The translations under genes and the position numbers were made by a program. The notes beneath the pieces were generated by a model. That model saw only the letters and a list, made by a program, of their open reading frames with translations, had not been told where the DNA came from and did no database searches. Shown here piece by piece: positions 37,725-46,979 of a stretch of DNA of 64,000 bases. Location of the stretch: the NCBI GenBank assembly GCA_965140415.1, contig OZ223209.1, forward strand, positions 5,056,001 through 5,120,000, given 5' to 3'. Position 1 is the stretch's first letter. The number at the start of each line of letters is the position of its first letter. The stretch is from Myxococcota bacterium (GTDB taxonomy: Bacteria; Myxococcota_A; SURF-8).

Positions 37725-40436
37725 ATGAGCGCAAAACTGGCGTGGTGTATCGGGTGGCTCGTGGTGATACTTGTGCTGTGTATAGCCTGCGGCGATGGAA
37801 ACGACGCCGAAAGCGACGGTGATTTCAGCGGCGATGGCGATCAGGAAGTCGATGGCGACACCGAGGGCGAAACCACCGCCTGCACGCAGGATTTCGACTG
37901 CAAGGATGGTGAACTCTGCGAGGAAGGCTATTGCATCCAGGCAGCGGATCTACGCTACAATCTGGACGCAGGCACCAGCCTGCTCGTCTATCGCAACGAC
38001 ACAGGCCGGGTGAATCTCTACACAACAGACGGTAGCTGGATCGTGCAGGCTGCCGACGCGCGCATGCTGCTCGATGCTACCGATGAAACCGCTACGGTGC
38101 TTACGGTTGCCTCCAGTTCCCAGCGCACGGTCGAGCGAGTCGAGGCGGAGCAGGACAGTCTTGGACTGGCCGACCGGCTCATCATTCGGGCAAGCGGACA
38201 ACAGGAAGGCGTCACGCTCATCTGGACGCTGAGCGCTTATGCGGAACAGGGCTTCTATACGGCACAACTGGAATTGCAGAACGACAGCAGCCAGACCGTA
38301 CAACTGGCCAAGGGTTCGGCCTTTGAAGTTCGCGCCGAAAAGCAGGGCGGCGTCTTTTTGGGCGAACATCCCACCACGCACCGCATCCTGGAGAATGGCT
38401 CCTATACCTACCTGGATTTTTACGTCGCCATCGAACCGGGCGACGTGCAGGCAAATCCGCTCACCTCCGTCGGTATTCCCGGTAACTTCGAGGGCTACTC
38501 GGTGTCGAACCTGGATCACGGCGTGATGGATCTGCAAAGCGATGCCATCTGGGTGGCGGGCGCATTGAGCTTCGAGCATTCGCTGCCGGTTATCAATCTA
38601 TCCTACGACGCAGGCGCGGCGCTCGTTTCTCCCGATGGACGCACCGGTTTCAGCTACTTCTCGGCGGAAGCGGCCTATGAACCGCTGAACAAACCGATTG
38701 AAAGTGGAGCAAGCTTTGCAACGGAAACCTTTTACCTGCATCCTTCGGAAAGCAATTTCTTCCAAGGCATGGAAAACTGGGCAAGCGCCGTCAAGCATTT
38801 CAACGATATCGTATTATGGACGGAAAAAGACGAAAACAACCGCGTCCCAAACGGCTGGAACTCCTGGTCCACCTCGGGCAGCACCGGCGGCTACGGTACG
38901 GATATCAATGAAACGGTGATTCTGGAAAACCTGCAAATTATGGCCGACGAATTCCGCGACTGGGGCATGGACTGGTTCCAGATCGACGACGGCTACGAGC
39001 CGGCCTACGGCGACTGGTGGTGGCGCGAAGACCGCTTCCCGCATGGCGCAGCCTGGATGGCGCAGCAGATCCGCGACAAGGGTTTCCGTCCCGGCTTGTG
39101 GATGGCTCCCATGACGCACGACGATCGCTCGCAAACGCTGGCCGAACATCCGGACTGGTTCGCCGGACCCGATTTCTTCCCGCCCGCCTATAACGTGCTC
39201 GATCTCACCAACCCGGAAGTCAAAGACTACCTGGCCGATCTGTTCAACACCTTCCGCAATGAATGGGGCTTCGAGTGGTTCAAAATGGACTTTTCCTATC
39301 ATGCCCTGTTCGGCGGCGAATTTCACGATCCCTCGCAAACCCGCGAAGAGGCATACCGGGGAGCCTGTCGCATCATCCGCGAAGCCATCGGCGACGACAC
39401 CTTCTTCCTGGCCGTCTCCGCACTGGGACCGCACATGGGCCTGATTGACGCCAACCGCCTGACGCTGGACAACATGCCGGTGTGGGACATGGAACCGGAT
39501 CAGACCGACTCGGGCAAGGGCGGGCAGCAGGGTTTCAAACCGACGGTGCGCTCCGCCGCGCGCCGCTATTACCTGCACGAACGGGTATGGATCAACCACT
39601 CCGACTTGATCGTGTTCCGCAGCAACACGCGCGACGAAACCTGGCCTCGGGTGACCTTGGATGAATCGCAGGCATTCTGCTCCTATGTAGGCATGACCGG
39701 CGGCATCGTCAAACTGGGTGACCGCCTGGTGGATTTGCAAGGCGATCACATCAACTCGGTTAGAAAGCTGTTGCCGATTTACAGTAAGGGCGGGCGACCG
39801 CTGGACATGATACAACTGGAGGTACCGGAGTTCTGGCATCTGCGCGTCGATCAAACCGATGGCGGATTCGAGCAGGGCTACGATCTGGTGGCGTTATTCC
39901 ATTGGGGCAAGAACTGGGATCAGACAGTCAGTCCCTACGCTCTGATTCCGGACACCGACACGCCGCGCCATCACGCATTCAAGCTTTCCGACATCGGTAT
40001 GGATGCAAGTAAAACCTATCTGGCCTACGAATTCTGGACCGGCGAATTCCTGGGCGAAGTCGACGATGAATTTGAATTGGACGTTCCCTCGCATACGGGG
40101 CGCGTGGTGGCGTTACGCGAAAAGCTGGACCGACCGCAGTTCCTTGGTTGGAACCGACACCTGACCATGGGCGCGGTGTTACTGGGCGCAGTGGATTGGG
40201 ACGAAAACGCACAAACCTTGACATTGCACGCTCCCATCGTTCCGGGAACGGAGAAAGCCCCATTTACCTACGAACTGGCGTTTTATCTCCCGGAAGGAAC
40301 CAGCTACGCCGACTATACCGCCAGTGGCGACAGCGACGCCTCGGTTCAGGCCGAGCAGCAAGGACGTGTACTGCGCGTTCAATATGAACCGAGCAAAATC
40401 CACGATCTGGAGTTGGAACTGTCTTTTACAAAATGA
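37725..40436 (+). CDS. GH36/GH27-like alpha-galactosidase lipoprotein
   Basis: Lipobox CIAC; GWNSW, FQIDDGY, RPGLWMAP, LDLTNP, WFKMDF; AGGAG RBS. Confidence 0.88.
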   Translation: MSAKLAWCIGWLVVILVLCIACGDGNDAESDGDFSGDGDQEVDGDTEGETTACTQDFDCKDGELCEEGYCIQAADLRYNLDAGTSLLVYRNDTGRVNLYTTDGSWIVQAADARMLLDATDETATVLTVASSSQRTVERVEAEQDSLGLADRLIIRASGQQEGVTLIWTLSAYAEQGFYTAQLELQNDSSQTVQLAKGSAFEVRAEKQGGVFLGEHPTTHRILENGSYTYLDFYVAIEPGDVQANPLTSVGIPGNFEGYSVSNLDHGVMDLQSDAIWVAGALSFEHSLPVINLSYDAGAALVSPDGRTGFSYFSAEAAYEPLNKPIESGASFATETFYLHPSESNFFQGMENWASAVKHFNDIVLWTEKDENNRVPNGWNSWSTSGSTGGYGTDINETVILENLQIMADEFRDWGMDWFQIDDGYEPAYGDWWWREDRFPHGAAWMAQQIRDKGFRPGLWMAPMTHDDRSQTLAEHPDWFAGPDFFPPAYNVLDLTNPEVKDYLADLFNTFRNEWGFEWFKMDFSYHALFGGEFHDPSQTREEAYRGACRIIREAIGDDTFFLAVSALGPHMGLIDANRLTLDNMPVWDMEPDQTDSGKGGQQGFKPTVRSAARRYYLHERVWINHSDLIVFRSNTRDETWPRVTLDESQAFCSYVGMTGGIVKLGDRLVDLQGDHINSVRKLLPIYSKGGRPLDMIQLEVPEFWHLRVDQTDGGFEQGYDLVALFHWGKNWDQTVSPYALIPDTDTPRHHAFKLSDIGMDASKTYLAYEFWTGEFLGEVDDEFELDVPSHTGRVVALREKLDRPQFLGWNRHLTMGAVLLGAVDWDENAQTLTLHAPIVPGTEKAPFTYELAFYLPEGTSYADYTASGDSDASVQAEQQGRVLRVQYEPSKIHDLELELSFTK

Positions 40437-40521
40437 ACAATCCAAAGGTTGCGTCTTTTTTCATGGAACCCTATACTTTGCAGCGATTTAGTATTCAGAT
40501 ACTTGCAGCATAGAGGTTCTC

Positions 40522-41217
40522 ATGACGCATTCTCGGCAGTACCCGATTCAGGGTGTAATCTTCGATCTGGACGGCACCCTGATCGACAGCGAACCCAATT
40601 ATTACGAAGCCGACCGGCAGTGGTTCGAAAGCTTCGGTGTAACGCTTACCCCCGAAATGAAGCGCCCTTACGTGGGCATGGGCAATCAAGCCATGGTGCG
40701 GATGGTGCGCGAGCAGTACGGATTGGAAGAGCCGGAAGCGGAACTTCTGAAATGGAAACGAAAGCGCTATCTTGAGCTGGCCAGAAAGAATACCGTTGCC
40801 TTTCCCGAAATGGTCAAACTGGTGCGCAGCCTGCAACAGCAAGAACTCCCCCTGGCGGTTGCCAGCGGCTCGGCTTTGGAAATCATCGAAGAACTGTTGA
40901 CCCTTACCGACCTGCGCGATGCCTTCGGCGTGCTGCTTTCCGCCGAACAGGTTCCGCGTCACAAACCGCAACCGGATATTTTTTTAAAGAGCGCCCGTCG
41001 CATGGGCATCGAGCCGAAGCATCTGGCAGTTGTAGAGGATTCAAAACCGGGCGTTCAAGCGGGTCTACGTGCGGGCATGCGCGTGCTGGCGGTTCCTAGT
41101 TTTCCCGAGCCGCCGCTCGATCCCGCCTTTTTCAAGGCGGACTGGCTGGTGGAGGGAGGCATGTCCGATTTCAAGGCCGAATCAGCCCTTGGTTGGTTGT
41201 GCAACATGAAACCCTAA
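40522..41217 (+). CDS. HAD-family phosphatase (beta-PGM/CbbY-like)
   Basis: IFDLDGTLIDSE, AVASGS, KPQPDIF, VEDS..GV.A. Confidence 0.92.
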   Translation: MTHSRQYPIQGVIFDLDGTLIDSEPNYYEADRQWFESFGVTLTPEMKRPYVGMGNQAMVRMVREQYGLEEPEAELLKWKRKRYLELARKNTVAFPEMVKLVRSLQQQELPLAVASGSALEIIEELLTLTDLRDAFGVLLSAEQVPRHKPQPDIFLKSARRMGIEPKHLAVVEDSKPGVQAGLRAGMRVLAVPSFPEPPLDPAFFKADWLVEGGMSDFKAESALGWLCNMKP

Positions 41218-41376
41218 ATTGCGCCATGCTGCGAAAAGCTGTAAAAGCGGTCTTTACGCAGCGGAAGAACGTGCTAGAATACAAATATTCACCTACGTTT
41301 CACAACAGGCAGACATACAGGGTTGGGCATGATGCCAATCTGTAAACTTGATTGTTTAAGAAAGAAAGGCAGAAAA

Positions 41377-41976
41377 ATGCATATAACAAAAGGATTGCTG
41401 CTACTGGCTTTGCTGCTAACCTTCGGTTTTTCAAGCGGTTGCGGCACGTTGTACTATTATTCAACCAAAGTGCAGGAAACAAAAGATCAGGCTGCCTTGC
41501 AGAAGGCTCCAGTTTATTACGTGAAACACATCAGCTTCGATCAGATTCCCAAACCGGAGGATTACGAGTCGGAACAACAGTGGCGCGAGGAAATCGATCA
41601 CTTGATGCCGGAATACGAAGAGGAAGTGAGCGCCTGGGCCAAAGAAGCGAACCTGGTTGGTAAAGTGATTCCCTTGAAAAAGGATCAGAAAGCGGACAAA
41701 GGTGTCCTGGTGGAAGCCGAAGTCAAAAACATTCGTCGCGAATGGAGCGGATTTTCAGGCGGATTCGATTATCTGACTTCCGACATTCGTTTTACCGACG
41801 TTCAAAGCGGCGAAGTGCTCTTTACCGCCGAAGTGGAAACGACCTCGCTTCGCTATGGTCCGATCGGTTGGCGTGCGAATGCGTTTTCAGGAAGGTTGGC
41901 TTTCAATACCTGGAATGTCGTAAGAGCGATTTTCAGCGCGATTCAAAACGGCAAGATCGATCCGTTACAGTATTAG
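41377..41976 (+). CDS. Hypothetical lipoprotein
   Basis: Hydrophobic signal ending SSGC; typical codon usage. Confidence 0.7.
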   Translation: MHITKGLLLLALLLTFGFSSGCGTLYYYSTKVQETKDQAALQKAPVYYVKHISFDQIPKPEDYESEQQWREEIDHLMPEYEEEVSAWAKEANLVGKVIPLKKDQKADKGVLVEAEVKNIRREWSGFSGGFDYLTSDIRFTDVQSGEVLFTAEVETTSLRYGPIGWRANAFSGRLAFNTWNVVRAIFSAIQNGKIDPLQY

Positions 41977-42059
41977 GCGACCTTCTTTCGGACATACTTG
42001 TTTCGGCCAATTCCGGTTTCATAGAAAACCAGTTCAGTGACAACGATAATAAAGAAAGA

Positions 42060-43115
42060 ATGCAGATGACCACTCTATTGGAAACTCCCGAACGACTGGT
42101 GCAGAACGGACAAATCGTGAGCTACGGTCTGTTCAAAGAACCCTTTCACGATTTGAATATTCTGGATACGCAGATTTTTCCGGGTAAAACGCTTCCGCAG
42201 TTTCTGCGCAAGCTGCGCATCAAGGAGTGGCAGCACATCGCGGTAATCACTCCCGATGTCTTCGTGGGCTTCGTCATCAGCACCACGCATTACATGGGCA
42301 TGAGCTTCTGCTACGTGGTGGATCGCCACAGCGGCGAGATCGTGGAGCATCACCGCGAAACGGCCCCCTGGAAGGCCAAGGTGTCGCGTGAACTGTGGCA
42401 GGACGACTGCCGCTTCCATGTGAGTGGCTACAACCTGGACATCCGCAACCGCCTGGAGTTGGGGCGTCACCGGGTGGAAATCGACATTCCGGCGGCCAAG
42501 GGCAAACCCGCTATCCGTGCCGAAATCGAGATGTCCGAAGATATCACTAGCCGTCAACCCCTGATCGTCGTGCTGCCGATTTCGGAAAACCGCCCATTGC
42601 ACACGCACAAGATGGTCTGCCCGGTTTCCGGCTGGGTGGAGTTGGGCGAGCGTCGCTGGGACTTGCAACCGGAACGTGATCTGGCCATGCTGGACGTGCA
42701 GAAAACCTACTATCCCTACTCTACGCTCTGGTGCTGGGCCACCTTTGCCGGTTACGATCAGCAGGGCCACCAGTTGGCCATCAACCTGGTGCAGAACATG
42801 ATCGAAAACGACGACACCTACAACGAAAACGTCATGTGGGTAGACGGGCAACTTTCCCAGTTCGGTGGCGCGCGCTTTACGGTGGACAAGCAGAAAATGA
42901 TGGACCCCTGGCACATCATCACGACCGACGAACGCTGCCAGTTGACCTTCACACCCCAGGGCAGCCGCTCCGAAAAGATCAACATGGGTCTGATCCTGAG
43001 CGACTATCACCAGCCCTACGGCACGTTTACCGGTCATATCATCGACGATGATGGCGTCCGCTACGAGGTGGAAGATCTCTTCGGCGTTACCGAGTATCAC
43101 ATCGCCAAGTTCTGA
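42060..43115 (+). CDS. DUF2804-like protein
   Basis: RIKEWQH, H+HK..CPV.G, W.WA, NEN..WVDG, DPW.I, YHQPYGTFTG, GVTEYH.AKF. Confidence 0.78.
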   Translation: MQMTTLLETPERLVQNGQIVSYGLFKEPFHDLNILDTQIFPGKTLPQFLRKLRIKEWQHIAVITPDVFVGFVISTTHYMGMSFCYVVDRHSGEIVEHHRETAPWKAKVSRELWQDDCRFHVSGYNLDIRNRLELGRHRVEIDIPAAKGKPAIRAEIEMSEDITSRQPLIVVLPISENRPLHTHKMVCPVSGWVELGERRWDLQPERDLAMLDVQKTYYPYSTLWCWATFAGYDQQGHQLAINLVQNMIENDDTYNENVMWVDGQLSQFGGARFTVDKQKMMDPWHIITTDERCQLTFTPQGSRSEKINMGLILSDYHQPYGTFTGHIIDDDGVRYEVEDLFGVTEYHIAKF

Positions 43116-43160
43116 GTCATCACATTTGGGATCGTTCAAGGCTCTTGCCTTGAGCTATCG

Positions 43161-43255
43161 ACTGGGTGGCATCATGGACCAAGCCATAGGCTTGCCCGTG
43201 TTTAAGGGCTACATGGGCAAGCTTCGTTTCTCTTCGCTTCGCCCATATCACCCAT
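43161..43255. repeat. REP-like inverted doublet, family B
   Basis: TGGGTGG...AAGCCATAGGCTTGCCCGTG followed by inverted CATGGGCAAGC...GCCCATATCACCCAT. Confidence 0.55.
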
Positions 43256-43368
43256 CCGTTCTGAAAATTCCGTTCTGAAAATTCACCCTTGACCTGAGAC
43301 AGCACCATATGGTAAGCATCATACATACTTATGAGTGCTTGATTTTGCCATAAATGGGAGGGACTGTC

Positions 43369-44091
43369 ATGGCACAGAAACAGGTTTCATTGTCCGATTC
43401 CGTTGGTGAAGGCGGCGCGAACAAGCGCGCGGACGTGCGCAAGGTGCAGCAATATCTCAACCGGGCGGGCGTAACGCCGAAACTGGAAGAGGACGGCTAC
43501 ATCGGTCCGATGACGCTGGCAGCGATTCGTCAGTTCCAGGCTGGATTCATGAAAAAGCCGGATGGGCGCGTCGACGTCGGTGGCAAAAGCTGGTCGCGTC
43601 TGATTCAGGCAAGCCAGCCGCAACAGGAAACCTCATCCCCCGTTTCCCAGCAATGGAGCGGCGACAGCGCACGTTGGAGCCAGCAGAAGAAACTAGACAG
43701 CCTGCATCCCGAATTCAGGCTGAAGGTGGAAAACATGCTGGCGGCGCTTAAAGAACAGGGCTTCAAGCCCAAGGTGTTTTACGGCTGGCGCTCGCAGAAA
43801 GTGCAGGCCAGGCTGCTTAAAGAAGGTAAATCTCGCGTGAGTTTCTCCTTTCATAACGCCCAGTTACCCACAGGCCGACCCAACAGCTACGCCGTAGATA
43901 TCATCGATAGCCGCTGGGGCTGGAACGAAGAAGCCGAGCAAAACGGCTTCTGGGATGCCATGGGGCGCGTGGCGAAACAGCAGGGCTTGTATTGGGGTGG
44001 AAACTGGAAAAGCTTCAAGGATGTCGCGCACGTACAGTACGTCGCCAACAGCCGCCTGAAAGAGATCAAAAAAGAATCCGGGCTGGCTTGA
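43369..44091 (+). CDS. Peptidoglycan-binding domain plus M15-family metallopeptidase (endolysin-like)
   Basis: DVRKVQ..L...DG.IGP.T..AIR.FQ; RS...Q..L, S.H, AVD, WGG.W..F.D..H. Confidence 0.85.
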   Translation: MAQKQVSLSDSVGEGGANKRADVRKVQQYLNRAGVTPKLEEDGYIGPMTLAAIRQFQAGFMKKPDGRVDVGGKSWSRLIQASQPQQETSSPVSQQWSGDSARWSQQKKLDSLHPEFRLKVENMLAALKEQGFKPKVFYGWRSQKVQARLLKEGKSRVSFSFHNAQLPTGRPNSYAVDIIDSRWGWNEEAEQNGFWDAMGRVAKQQGLYWGGNWKSFKDVAHVQYVANSRLKEIKKESGLA

Positions 44092-44142
44092 ACCAACCCG
44101 GACTTCATTTCGATACAATAACTTTCGTCGAAGCCTGTTGTA

Positions 44143-45735
44143 TCAGGCTTCGGCGGCTTCTTCTTCGCCATTGGCCTTAGGATCGCCACCCGAATTCAAC
44201 TTGAACAGTTTCCTAAACACCAGTAGACCAAGCGGCGTTGCCAGCGCCATGCCGCCAATCCAGATCCAAATCAAGGAATGATCCGGGTAAGAAGTCATTG
44301 CCTTACCCGCCTCATCAAGCGGCGTGTAAGCCTTCAATAGCAGTCCAGACATCGGCCCGACGACGAATTTCGCTGCAAACCAGGGCAAAACCGACAGCGC
44401 GATATATGTTCCCTCTTTGCCCTTGGGCGCGATTTCCGCCGTGAACTGCATCAGGCGCGGCGACCAGATCGCCTCGCCGACGGTGAATACCATAATGAAA
44501 ACAATCAACGGCCAGTATTCCGGTACCGGAGGATTGGCGGCCAGTTCCGTCATATTATCGGCCATACCCAGCCACTTGACGAAGACCAGCTCGCCCCAGA
44601 CCGACTGCGTCAGGTGTTCGAACTTCGAACTGGGAATGACAGCCAGGAAACAGGAAAGCGACGACACCAGCGAACCGATAATCAGCATCTTGTAGGAACT
44701 GACCTTCTTGGTTATGGAAGCCACCAGCGGCACCAGAAAGACGATCAGAACTGGGTTCAACACACCGTAAATCGAACCGATTTTCGCCCCTTCGCCCAAC
44801 ACGCGGATACCGTATTTGGGGAAGGTATAGTGGAAGTGGAAGAAAATGAAACGCACGAACAGGGTCGTGGTCAACATGCCCAAAAAGATCCAGAAATACT
44901 TTTCTCGGGCGACATTGGAGATCATCTTGCCGGTATCGATGGCCGCCTGTTTGATGGCCTGCATGCCACTGCCGTAATCGGGCGTGGGCTTGACGACCGG
45001 GCCTTCTTCCGTCATCTCCACACCGTCGCGGATAAAGAGAATCACGAACAGGCTACCCAGCGTAAAAACAAAGCCGAAAACGAAAAAGAGCTGGTAGGTC
45101 GAGAAATGCATACCGAACAGTTCGGTACCGAAGTTCTCGTTGATGATCTTGCCCATGGCGTCGCGCTCGGCAAAGGTATCACGGACCCAGTCGAAGAAGA
45201 CGCCACCGATGGCGTACGCGATATTCATGACCACATAGAACAGGCCGAAGCCCAGCGCCGCGCCCTCTTTGGTGGTGTAACGCTTGATGGCCACCGAAAC
45301 CAGCGGGCCGACGATGGCGAAACCGATGGCCAGCGGAATGAAGCCCAGCCCGAAGATCAGCCAGGGATTCGTCACGAATGACATGAAGAAGCGCGAAATC
45401 AGTAGGAATATGATACTGATAAACAGTGTGCGCTTGATGCCGATGGTGTCCACCAGCGCGCCTGCGACCATGGCCATGACCGAGAGCAGAATCGACCAGG
45501 CCGAAATATAACTGCCTGCGGCCACATCTCCCAGGCCGCAATCGCGCGAAAGCCACAGGATGATCGCCATGTTCATGGCGGCATACGCGGTGTATTCGAT
45601 CACCTTGTACAGGAACAGGAACCACATGTCGCGCGGGGATTCCTTCAATCCGCGTGCGTATTTCCAAATGATGTAGATCAGGGCGAGGCCGCCGCCGATT
45701 AACAGGGTGTAAGTAATAAAATCCGCCGTACTCAT
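44143..45735 (-). CDS. MFS transporter (peptide/POT-like)
   Basis: Many TM segments; GFGLFY..MN, NPVLI, GEAIWSPR, AP.G.EGTY. Confidence 0.85.
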   Translation of the reverse strand: MSTADFITYTLLIGGGLALIYIIWKYARGLKESPRDMWFLFLYKVIEYTAYAAMNMAIILWLSRDCGLGDVAAGSYISAWSILLSVMAMVAGALVDTIGIKRTLFISIIFLLISRFFMSFVTNPWLIFGLGFIPLAIGFAIVGPLVSVAIKRYTTKEGAALGFGLFYVVMNIAYAIGGVFFDWVRDTFAERDAMGKIINENFGTELFGMHFSTYQLFFVFGFVFTLGSLFVILFIRDGVEMTEEGPVVKPTPDYGSGMQAIKQAAIDTGKMISNVAREKYFWIFLGMLTTTLFVRFIFFHFHYTFPKYGIRVLGEGAKIGSIYGVLNPVLIVFLVPLVASITKKVSSYKMLIIGSLVSSLSCFLAVIPSSKFEHLTQSVWGELVFVKWLGMADNMTELAANPPVPEYWPLIVFIMVFTVGEAIWSPRLMQFTAEIAPKGKEGTYIALSVLPWFAAKFVVGPMSGLLLKAYTPLDEAGKAMTSYPDHSLIWIWIGGMALATPLGLLVFRKLFKLNSGGDPKANGEEEAAEA

Positions 45736-45992
45736 GAATGCTCCTTTTCCGGTTTCCGTTGTTGTCGAACGTGGAATAACAGAGGCTTAACAATTTCGTT
45801 CATATCTTGGTAGTAGAAAACCGTCCAGGATGCAAGATTTTCTTTTCGGGGGGTGGGGGGTGGCAACTTCCATCCACCAATTTCCTCAATAAAAAAACGA
45901 GCTTGACCGGATTGTGGCGGCGTGATAAACGGAGTGTTTAACGTCATGTATCGTTAAATAGATAACAGTCTGTTAGAAGGAAGGAATCTATC

Positions 45993-46958
45993 GTGACTTT
46001 TCAGGAACTTGTTTTGGCCCTTCAGAATTACTGGGCCGAGCACGGCTGCTTGATCTTGCAGCCGCACGACGTGGAAACAGGCGCGGGCACCTTCAACCCG
46101 CACACCCTGATGCGTTGTCTGGGACCGGAACCGTGGAACGCGGCATACGTCGAACCCTGCCGCCGTCCCACCGATGGCCGCTACGGCGAAAACCCCAACC
46201 GGCTGCAACGCTACTACCAGTTTCAGGTGGTGCTCAAACCCAACCCGGAAAACGTGCAGGATCTGTACCTACAGAGCCTGAAAGCCTTCGGCATCGATCC
46301 GCGTCACCACGATATCCGCTTCGTGGAGGACGACTGGGAGTCGCCGACCTTGGGCGCGTGGGGTCTGGGCTGGGAAGTCTGGATCGACGGCATGGAAATC
46401 ACGCAGTTCACCTACTTCCAGCAGGCGGGCAGCATCGATGTCAAACCGGTGACGGCGGAGTTGACCTACGGCATCGAGCGCATCGCGATGTACCTGCAAA
46501 ACGTGGACAACGTTTACGATCTGGAATGGAGCAACGGCATCAGCTACGGCGACGTGCACCATCAGGACGAAGTGGACTGGAGCAAGTACAACTTCGAGTC
46601 CTCCGACCCCGCCCTGCACTTCTCGCTGTTCGATCAGTTCGAAGCCGAGGCAACGCGGCTGTGCGATCAGGGTCTGCCGGTTCCGGCATACGACTACTGC
46701 CTGAAATGCTCGCACGCCTTCAACATGCTCGACGCCAAGGGCGCGATTTCCGTGACCGAGCGGCAGCACTACATCGCCCGCGTACGCAAACTGGCGCGGC
46801 TGTGCGCCGAAGGCTACGTCGTGCAGCGGCACAAGATGGGCTATCCATTGTTAAAACACGTGCAGGACTACGACACCAACCCGTTGGTGCACCATTGGAC
46901 GCGCGTGGTCGAAACCATCGAAAAGCGCCGCAACCGGTCGCAGAAGAAAAACAAATAA
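45993..46958 (+). CDS. glyQ: Glycine-tRNA ligase alpha subunit
   Basis: [53 protein letters not shown]. Confidence 0.97.
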   Translation: MTFQELVLALQNYWAEHGCLILQPHDVETGAGTFNPHTLMRCLGPEPWNAAYVEPCRRPTDGRYGENPNRLQRYYQFQVVLKPNPENVQDLYLQSLKAFGIDPRHHDIRFVEDDWESPTLGAWGLGWEVWIDGMEITQFTYFQQAGSIDVKPVTAELTYGIERIAMYLQNVDNVYDLEWSNGISYGDVHHQDEVDWSKYNFESSDPALHFSLFDQFEAEATRLCDQGLPVPAYDYCLKCSHAFNMLDAKGAISVTERQHYIARVRKLARLCAEGYVVQRHKMGYPLLKHVQDYDTNPLVHHWTRVVETIEKRRNRSQKKNK

Positions 46959-46979
46959 TACGCTGTCAGTGAGGATATT

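Noticed and set aside
38814-39854. 346-aa minus-strand ORF
   Set aside because: Antisense shadow of the GH36 gene, explained by codon bias.
41742-42059. N-terminal 106 aa of the listed 457-aa ORF
   Set aside because: Overlaps the upstream lipoprotein gene in another frame; the real start is probably ATG 42060 or 42066.
42075-43139. 354-aa minus-strand ORF
   Set aside because: Antisense shadow of the DUF2804-like gene.
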